A DNA stretch of 64,000 nucleotides from Eledone cirrhosa (taxonomy: Eukaryota). The stretch is taken from assembly GCA_964016885.1 (NCBI GenBank), contig OZ024740.1:281170001-281234000 (forward strand). Reading direction: 5' to 3'. The translations under genes and the position numbers were made by a program. Below are positions 55,311-64,000 of this stretch, in pieces. The notes under the pieces were generated by a model. It had not been told where the DNA came from. It made no database searches and saw nothing but the letters and a program-made list of their open reading frames with translations. Position 1 is the first letter of the stretch, and the number at the start of each line of letters is the position of its first letter.

Positions 55311-56474
55311 TGACCCGGGGGGGGGGGTAGAAAAGGGCTGTAACACCCCACTTGCCGACTTTGTAACCCATGCTTGCAAAGATAGACGTAAGATCTTTTA
55401 TATCTTTTTATCGCTTCCTCTATGTTTCCTTCTTTCCCCCATCCCTTCCTAGTCCTTCCACCCCAGTCCTCTTTCTTTGTCGTCGTCCTTTTCACTTTCT
55501 CGCCACCCGAGGCAGCCCCTCGGTCCTTTGTAGCCTCAGTACCCCCACCCCCTTCCCCTATTCCATGATAGAATTGGCCGACTCCACTTTTTATAGCAGA
55601 TGTGATAGACCCCGGATACTTGCTTTCTTATCCGATGGCTGCCCCTTTTCCGTGCTTTCTACATTTCTTAGTGGTATCCTTGCTTTAATTTCTCGTATAT
55701 CAGTATTTATTTTTGGAGGGTGGAGGTGGGGGTGGGGGATTCTGAATTAATTTTCCGTATCAAATTTTTCATATACTTCGTACGAGCATTTATGTAGTTT
55801 GCACTAGAATTTTTGTATCGTAGCGGCACCCTTAGAGATAGTATTAGTATTCTTTTTCGGGATTCTGAATTATTATTTCGTATTAGTTTATTTTTTGCAC
55901 TGTCTGGTTGTTGGCCTTGTGGCTAGGGTAGAAACAATTATTTCGTATTAGTCTCGGGACTCTGAATTATTATTTCGTGGTAGTTTCTTTAGTATTTTGG
56001 CCCCCCACTTGTTGACCCGTCACCGTAAGATATACTCAGTTGATTACTACTACCTCTTAAAAGGGTCTCATTATAATTCCGTCCCACCTAGTAAACCTTT
56101 CTATAGTCTAGCAGTACCAGTGAGAGACTTGATGGCTGTCGTTAGGGAATAGTAACCAGAAATTGTTTTTTTTATATTTAATTGTTTTTTTTTAACATTC
56201 TAGGTATTCTTCTATATATTTACCCCATATTGTTTTACTTATTGTTTCGACTTCCTCCCCCTCCCCCTCCCTAGTATACTTCCTTGACCTCCTGCCCTGC
56301 TGTAGTTGGCACTATCAACGCCCGATTGGGTTTCCTCCAACCCCTCTCGCTCTTTCTTCTACTGGCAGGTTCAGCTACCCCTTCCTTCCACAAATTGCCA
56401 TGATAGAATTATGTGTCTCAACAACAAACTTTTGACCAATCCTTGTGACAATCACTTTCACCATATATGGAATT

Positions 56475-56570
56475 ACCCCTTGAGAAGCTCGGCTATTCAT
56501 ATACCAGGATAAAAGTTTTCATTCAGTCCAGAATTAGCCGTCGAAACGGCTTGAGCTCAGCCGTCGGGGT
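56475..56570 (+). ncRNA. Type I hammerhead ribozyme, U3-A8 variant with long stems
   Basis: ACCCC TTGAGAA GCT-CGGCTATTC...GAATTAGCCG-TC GAAA CGGC-TTGAGCTCA-GCCG TC GGGGT; GUC triplet. Confidence 0.85.
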
Positions 56571-56662
56571 CCTACTCGTTCCTATTACCGACTCTACTAC
56601 CCTAAGTATTGAGTACTTTGGTGCGTTATGGTCCACCTTATTCCTTACCACATTTCCTTCGT

Positions 56663-56725
<63 letters not shown>

Positions 56726-57132
56726 TGTATATATATGTGTGTGTGTTCATACATACATACTTACACATACACGCACACACATACCAACACCCTCACAGGA
56801 ACATAGACACGCACAGACATGTACACCATTCTCACACACACTCACATCACACACACATACATTACCCTCCACCGTCTCTTCCTAGACTCCGAATAGTTTT
56901 GAAGCCCCCCCCCTCTAATTTCTCTCCCTCTTGTCCCCCTCACCCCGCCCACACACATTACCACACCCATGCCATCCCCTCACCCTCCATACTGGACTTA
57001 TACCTGCCAACCCCTTTTATTTCTATTTCTATTTTTATTCTTATCATCATATTGCATTTTCTACTTTGTAAATTCCCTCCTTAAACCCCTCCTTACTCCT
57101 TCTCGGAGTTCCTGTTCTCCACCTCTCCGAAA

Positions 57133-57168
57133 TTTCCCGATGAAGGGCTTATGTCCGAAACGTTGAAA
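57133..57168 (+). ncRNA. Minimal type I hammerhead ribozyme, U4C
   Basis: TTTC CCGATGA A GGGC-TTAT-GTCC GAAA CG TT GAAA; downstream 57209-57277 has an inverted copy at 55682-55750. Confidence 0.65.
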
Positions 57169-57743
57169 CATCCTCCGCTTCCACAAAGCGTGAAGCGTTA
57201 ATTTCTCTTTAATTCAGAATCCCCCACCCCCACCTCCACCCCCCAAAAATAAATACTGATATACGAGAAATTAAAGCTTCACGCTTTAACTGTGTGCAAT
57301 TGCCTCCTGTGTTTTGTTCATTAATTCTCAACTATATATATATATACATCTATATATATATATATATAAAAAGTGAAGAGCTGGTATTGTATGACATACG
57401 ATCTATTATGTACATTTCAGAGATATTATACAGTGGATGCATAATGTTACGTAAGTCTAATATGTTGTCATGAGCTGTAAATAAACAATTTTTGCGAGAT
57501 GCAAGCTGTCGAACAGATTATGTATATTATAATCTTACTGTTAGATGATTTATGTTATAGCAAGTAGTGGTAGTTACTTGCAAAACAAGTTTCACTAGTG
57601 GTTGATCAATACTTAGTGAAAATTATATTGCAAGTAACTGCAATAATTTCATATGAAATGTATTTAATATGCATATTTATATTCTTTTACTGGTCTCAGT
57701 CACTGGATTGAGGACATATTAAGGCACCACCATATGGGAAGTC

Positions 57744-57793
<50 letters not shown>

Positions 57794-57796
<3 letters not shown>

Positions 57797-57898
57797 TTGA
57801 AAAAAATGAAAACGAAATTTCATTTCTCACTTATGCCACTTACTTAAATGTATGTATGTATACGTACATACATATATGTATACAGACGTACAGTAGCA

Positions 57899-57970
<72 letters not shown>

Positions 57971-58407
57971 TACATACAGGTACACATACATATATGCACG
58001 CATCAGTTTAGCGGACGTTTATTATAACGCCGCTTTGTTCGTTTGTTTGTCAACAAACCGAACAGCCTGAATTCATGCCATACGGTGTTAAGGCAACCAC
58101 GTCACCTTTTTGTTCAACACTGACACAGGAACGGTGTACTAGTTTCAAGCTTGTTAGCTATCATCAGCACCGTTTACCCATCTGCCAGGTAGTTGAACGT
58201 TCGAAAGTATATACTTTCCTTATGAAAATTAACGGCTGAGCAGCCTGATTTGCATATTGAGTGAGTTAAATCGGTCAGGCATACCGAAAACGATAAGTTG
58301 AAAAAATGAAAACGAAATTTCATTTCTCACTCTTAGTATGGCACTTACTTAAATGTAAGTATGTATGTATACGTACATACATATATGTATACAGACGTAC
58401 AGTAGCA

Positions 58408-58469
<62 letters not shown>

Positions 58470-58543
58470 AATACATATATACATACATATGTATATGTAT
58501 ATATATATATATATATATACAAATACATATATACATACATATG

Positions 58544-58576
<33 letters not shown>

Positions 58577-58629
58577 GCATGCTACTGTAGGTCTGTATAC
58601 ATATATGTATGTACGTATACATACATACT

Positions 58630-58632
<3 letters not shown>
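57794..58632 (-). mobile_element. ~445-nt family retrozyme-like repeat, locus 2 (diverged subfamily)
   Basis: AAGTTGAAAAAATGAAAACGAAATTTC repeats at 57794 and 58295 (period lengthened by (TA)n); short inverted piece at ~58575-58632. Confidence 0.85.
58131..58173 (-). ncRNA. Type I hammerhead ribozyme (445-nt family, covariant stem I)
   Basis: Reverse complement: ACGGTG CTGATGA T AGCT-AACA-AGCT T GAAA CTAG TA CACCGT. Confidence 0.88.
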
Positions 58633-58660
<28 letters not shown>

Positions 58661-59329
58661 GACTGCTGCTTCGCCCGACCCTTCTCCGTTTTCCACTTCC
58701 TTACCATAGCCCTGGTATTACTACCACACCTATCACATGTCCCTCCCTCTTCTTAGTCGTCTCCCCTCACTACTACCACTACAGTCGAAGCCAACAGCTT
58801 AAACTGCAACCACCACTGTTGGTAAGGCTAAGGTCAACACTAAGCGAGAAAGAAAGCACACTACAGAAAAAATGTGAATTTTTCTCCCTAACTCTGTATG
58901 TAAAAACACATTTTCCCCCATATTCTTATTATTCTTATTAATATGCGATTTAATTGAATTATACACTTCGGTCATTAAAAAGGCATATAAGCGGGAACCG
59001 GTACAATTAAATGTGGAAATCCATATTTTGTAAATAAAGATTTTGATGTTATTCTGAGAGAAAATCCCTTTAGCATTTTCTACTGTTTTTTTTCTTTTTT
59101 ACTATTATGTATATATATTTCTTTCTTCCCCTTCTTCTTTGATGGAGTGGTGGTAATACATGATAGGCCTGCGCTCCCTTACCAGATATTCACTGGTAGT
59201 TATCGGTTGCCAACACTTTGAGGGCGGCTGGCTGTGAAGCTAGTTGGTCAGCCGCTCTCTCTGTCTCTGGTTTTTCGGACCCATGGTTTTTCGGACTCAT
59301 GGCTTTTACATATTCTTTGTTATATTCCA

Positions 59330-59387
59330 ATACCTGATGATATCACCGGATTCATATGGAACCCGGTCGTTGAAATGATCATAGTAT
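59330..59387 (+). ncRNA. Minimal type I hammerhead ribozyme
   Basis: ATAC CTGATGA TATC-ACCGG...CCGGT-CGT T GAAA TGATCA TA GTAT. Confidence 0.72.
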
Positions 59388-59581
59388 AATAAACCTTTCA
59401 AGGATTTACACCAGTCCAGCCTCCTGTTATTTCATTTATAATTAACTCCGTATTCGCACCACCAACTACACAAACGAAGATGGGTGAACTGCACTGCGTT
59501 GAGTACTCTTCACAATATTACACCAGGATTGACCATACGGAATGACCAGTTCTATCCAGTGGTGAACCAACAAACCTTTAG

Positions 59582-59635
<54 letters not shown>

Positions 59636-59699
59636 ATTAGAGTTAAAACTCAATTGGAACCCCGTAACTATTAAGCTCAAAGTAGAAATACTGAGCCGA

Positions 59700-59754
<55 letters not shown>

Positions 59755-60111
59755 GAATACATACATAAATATATACATGCATACGTGAGGGATGGGAGGC
59801 AAGTCTGTGTGTAAGTTTTGTGTGTAAGGGTATCTATATGTGTATGTGTGTGTGTGTATATATATTATATTATATTATTTATTACGCATATTTATTGTTT
59901 TACTGTATTCATTCGATGGGGTTGGGGCATAATGAGGACACAATCTAATGAAAAGGATTTACGGAATTTATCGCGTCCATTGTTTATTCTTTAAAGACTG
60001 CTTTTTAATTATTCGATCTCTCACAAAGTGTATCGTTTATTAACTGGCATTGATTTGAATACAAAAGAGACGCCCGTGCATACAAACATACACACACACA
60101 ATCACACATAT

Positions 60112-60279
<168 letters not shown>

Positions 60280-60365
60280 ATATATATATATATAGTACTA
60301 ATGTATAAGGGAACAAAGAATCAGTGTTGCATTATATACATATTTAATTGCATATTTTGCATATT

Positions 60366-60450
60366 ACATATGTTTTACTATCGATCACACCGAGGAACGA
60401 TCTATTAATAATCGAAACTGACGCTGGAATCGGAAGCTCCTCAGATATGT
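60366..60450 (-). ncRNA. Degenerate hammerhead
   Basis: Reverse complement: ACATAT CTGAGGA G..CCGA...TCGG..C GATA ... ATATGT; GAAA and stem III mutated. Confidence 0.4.
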
Positions 60451-60507
60451 TTTAACATGTAGACTCGCACCGAATGCTCATCCTGCATACTGCCTTTATA
60501 TATATAT

Positions 60508-61393
60508 AAGTATGTATGTATGTATACGTACATACATTTAAGTATACAGACGTACAGTAGTATGTATATATATACATACATGCACACATATATATATGCA
60601 CGTATCGGTTTACCGAACATTTATTATAAGGCTCGGTTTGTGAGAGATCGAATAATTAAAAAGCAGTTTTTAAAAAATAAACAATGGACGCGATAAATTC
60701 CGTTAATCCTTTGCATTAGGTTGTGTCCTCATGACCCAACCCCATCGAATGAACACAGTAAAACGATAAATATGCGTAATAAATAACAAACCGATACGTG
60801 CATATATATATATGTGTGCATGTATGTATATATATACATACTACTGTACGTCTGTATACATATATGCATGTACGTATACATACATACATACTTACATTTA
60901 AGTAACTGCCGCACTAAGAGTGAGAAATGAAATTTCGTTTCATTCTATTCCATTTATCGTTTTCGGTGTGCCCGGCCGACTGAACTCACTCTATATGCAA
61001 ATTAGGCTGTTCAGCCGTTAATATACATAAGGAAAGTATATACTTTCAGATGTTCAACCATTTGGCAGGAAGGTATACGATGCTGACGATAGCTAATAAG
61101 CTTGAAATTAGTACATCGTTCCTGTGTCAGTGTTGAACAAAAAGGTGATGTGGTTGCCTAAACACTGTACGCCATAATTCGGGCTGTTTGTTTGTTTACA
61201 AACAAACAAACCGAGGATTATAATAAATGTTCGGTAAACCAATACGTGCATATATATATGTGTGCATGTATGTATATATATACATACTACTGTACGTCTG
61301 TATACACATATGTATGTACGTATACATACATAATACTTACATTTAAGTAAGTGCCGTACTAAGAGTGAGAAATGAAATTTCGTTTCATATTCC

Positions 61394-61397
<4 letters not shown>
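60508..61397 (+). mobile_element. ~445-nt family retrozyme-like repeat, locus 3
   Basis: TAAGAGTGAGAAATGAAATTTCG at 60915 and 61360 (period 445); interrupted by 60637-60786, an inverted copy of ~59875-60027. Confidence 0.85.
61077..61119 (+). ncRNA. Type I hammerhead ribozyme (445-nt family)
   Basis: ACGATG CTGACGA T AGCT-AATA-AGCT T GAAA TTAG TA CATCGT. Confidence 0.8.
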
Positions 61398-61457
<60 letters not shown>

Positions 61458-61499
61458 TTGTATGTATGTGTGTGTGTGTATGTGTATATATATACATAC

Positions 61500-61581
<82 letters not shown>

Positions 61582-61840
61582 AATGATTAATAAAACAGGT
61601 AGACATCATAAAAAGGTAATTTATTCCAAGTGTTCATAAATGTTTCCTTAGTAGTTACACAGCCTAGTCTTGCTATATGCAAATTGGTAGTTATTAATTT
61701 GCAGATACTCAATTTTCAAATGCTGTTTGTACCATCAATTCTTTCGAATTAATATGGCTGGATCATAGTTTCTTAATATTTCTTAAAGGGAGTATTTGGT
61801 GAAGATAGAATATGAAAGGGAGATAGGAAGAAAGGGGCAC

Positions 61841-61900
<60 letters not shown>

Positions 61901-62834
61901 TGTAGGGGTAGGAGAAATGGGAAACAGTGGTTTGAAGAATACAGATAGCTTAATCTAAATGTTGTGATAGGGGTTCAACATATGGTTTTATTTTACTGCT
62001 TACTCAAAAGTGACAACTTAGGAATTGTGTTAATGTTATCAAATTTGGAATTATTTACTGCCACAGAGACCAGGTTAATAGATGTAGGGAAGGAAGGAGA
62101 TAGACAGAGAGCGAGAGAGAGAGAGAGAGAGAGATAGAGAAAGAAAGAGAGAGAAAGAAAGAGAGCGAGAGAGGGGAGACAGAAAGAAGTTAAGAGAAAG
62201 GGAAGGAAAGGCGATATACACCGAGTTGATAGTTGTAGTTTGGTGATCGTACTTAAGTATCCATTTATTACGATAAGCAAGGTACTGGTTAGTAGTGTGT
62301 GTGTGGGGTGGGGGATATAGTTAGGAAGTAAGTATTGAGTAAAATTAGTAAGCGAGAGAAAGGTGTTCAAATTATGTTAAGTTACTTTTATAGTGAGAAA
62401 TTTTAGCTTCATTTGGTGGTTGCAATATATATATATATATATATGAGAGTATTGAAGTTTGCTTGAAGCATTGTGGAATAATAAGGTAAATTTCTTTAAG
62501 TCGTTTGGAAGCCTCGACAATGCAAATGGGTAAATCTCCGGGTAACAAGATCCGGTGGTGGAGAGAGAGAGATGTAAGTGGGTGTACGTTGAGATGCGTG
62601 GCGTGTATAAGACGTGTAGAGGAATGAAAGAAAGAGCATAAAGGATAAAATAAAAATAACAACACGAGAGAGAGTTACCTTGGGAGAGATTTAATTGTCC
62701 CTATATATTTCGGATTCACATCCATCAACTGGGGTTTTTTCCGGGGTCGGGGAAAGGTTGTCTGTCGGAAAGGTGCGAAACGCGTCCTCCGCTGTTCGTT
62801 GTTTTGAATATCTGAGGTATTCAGCAGAGCGCGC

Positions 62835-63905
62835 GTGCGCGTGAAATGGGGTCGATCGGGCAGAGGTCACCAAACATACCAACAAACCTCGGGATTGCCC
62901 TTGGGATCAAGCCTGTCGGGCGTGCTAGCGATCTCTTACATGGACAACCTCGAGCGCAAGGCACTCAACGCCTGCCACCCCAACGCCGTCGCCTTTTTCT
63001 CAAGGTACGTGGACGATATCCTCATCCTCACATCTTCCCAAGACACGGCGAAGAGAATCTATGAGACGTTCAACAACACGGACGAGAACATTGACTTCAG
63101 TGTTGAACACCCCAACGAAGACGGGTCACTTGCCCTCCTCGACTTCCGAATCAACATCACGGAACAGGGAATGATCCACTGCAACCTCTACTGAAAGGCA
63201 GCCTGCAGGGACCTGTTCGTTCACTACAAGTCCGCCCTCCCTAACAGTGCCAAAAGAGGATACATCACGAACGAGATCGTGCGAATCAAAAACAGATGCA
63301 GCGAACCAGCTAGTGGTGTCACTCATACCAAGCGATTCTTCGAGGTGCTGGAGACGAACGGGTACCCTACCTCGCTCACAGACAGAGTAGGAGACACCAG
63401 ACACAAGAGACAGAGAGGCACCCAAGGCAAGTGCTTCCTTAAAATGCCACACCTGGGCTAGAATACCACCAACGCTATCCGCAAGGCTATACGGAGGGAG
63501 GGCCTCGACATCCACCTGGCCCACTCGGGCCCCTCCCTGCGAAGATGCCTCAGGAAACCCGGGAAATCAACTGACGCGTGCTCCCTCAGAGACTGCCCGA
63601 TACGCCATGCGAGCTGTTGCCAACACACATACGTCGTGTATAAGATAGAATGTAACAAGTGCAACCAATACTATATAGGTAGCACAATCCGACCTTTGCA
63701 CATCCGGATCAAGGAACACACTAAAACTAGGCCCTCGTCTTTCCGGAAACACATAGACAAATGCGGAAACAAAGAGGGAAGGCCCATTGTCACAATTCTA
63801 GCGACTGAAAGAAACGTCGGCACGTTACGTATCAAGGAAGCACTTTTTATCAAACGCCTGGGGCCGCAAATAAACAATCGATCCGAGAGCAGCGAAATGA
63901 GGTGA
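62835..63905 (+). mobile_element. Penelope-like element, 5'-truncated RT + GIY-YIG ORF with two premature stops
   Basis: One frame: QTSGLPLGSSLSGVLAISYMDNLE, FSRYVDDILIL, LALLDFRI, HYKSALP, VVYKIECNKCNQYYIGSTIRPLHIRIKEH..LRIKEALFIK; stops at 63192 (TGA) and 63459 (TAG). Confidence 0.93.
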
Positions 63906-64000
63906 TTGGTTTAAGTTAACAAACGATGCAGCAACGCACACACACACACAAGCGAGACAACAACACACGTATAAACACACACACACACAGTAGCATTCCA

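Noticed and set aside
57400-57460. GAAA TGTACA TA palindromic half-motif on the minus strand
   Set aside because: 5' core not intact

Overview
AT-rich, microsatellite-saturated eukaryotic DNA. It is most likely an octopus/cephalopod genome, inferred from the abundant tRNA-derived SINEs and the (TA)n/(CA)n density. No intact protein-coding gene is visible, and most ORF-track entries are microsatellite artefacts. The window is a mosaic of mobile DNA: two SINE families, fragments of Penelope-like elements (RT + GIY-YIG), RTE, CRE and R4/Dong-type LINE fragments, a non-autonomous Helitron, hAT-type MITEs and a young non-autonomous LTR element primed by tRNA-Trp. The main hidden signal is about 20 type I hammerhead ribozyme motifs from at least 12 unrelated non-coding families. 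Almost all sit in small elements inserted into (TA)n tracts, often as head-to-head palindromes. One family is a ~445-nt tandem monomer (retrozyme-like) whose ribozyme stem I shows a compensatory base-pair change. Several recurrent non-canonical cores occur: U3-A8, U4A, U4C, a U10.1/U11.1 stem II closure and a 105-nt stem II. Weak traces of decayed minus-strand host genes (ZU5/UPA-like, LRR-like) and a candidate 9-nt micro-exon are also noted. All structures were folded by eye, and element boundaries are approximate.
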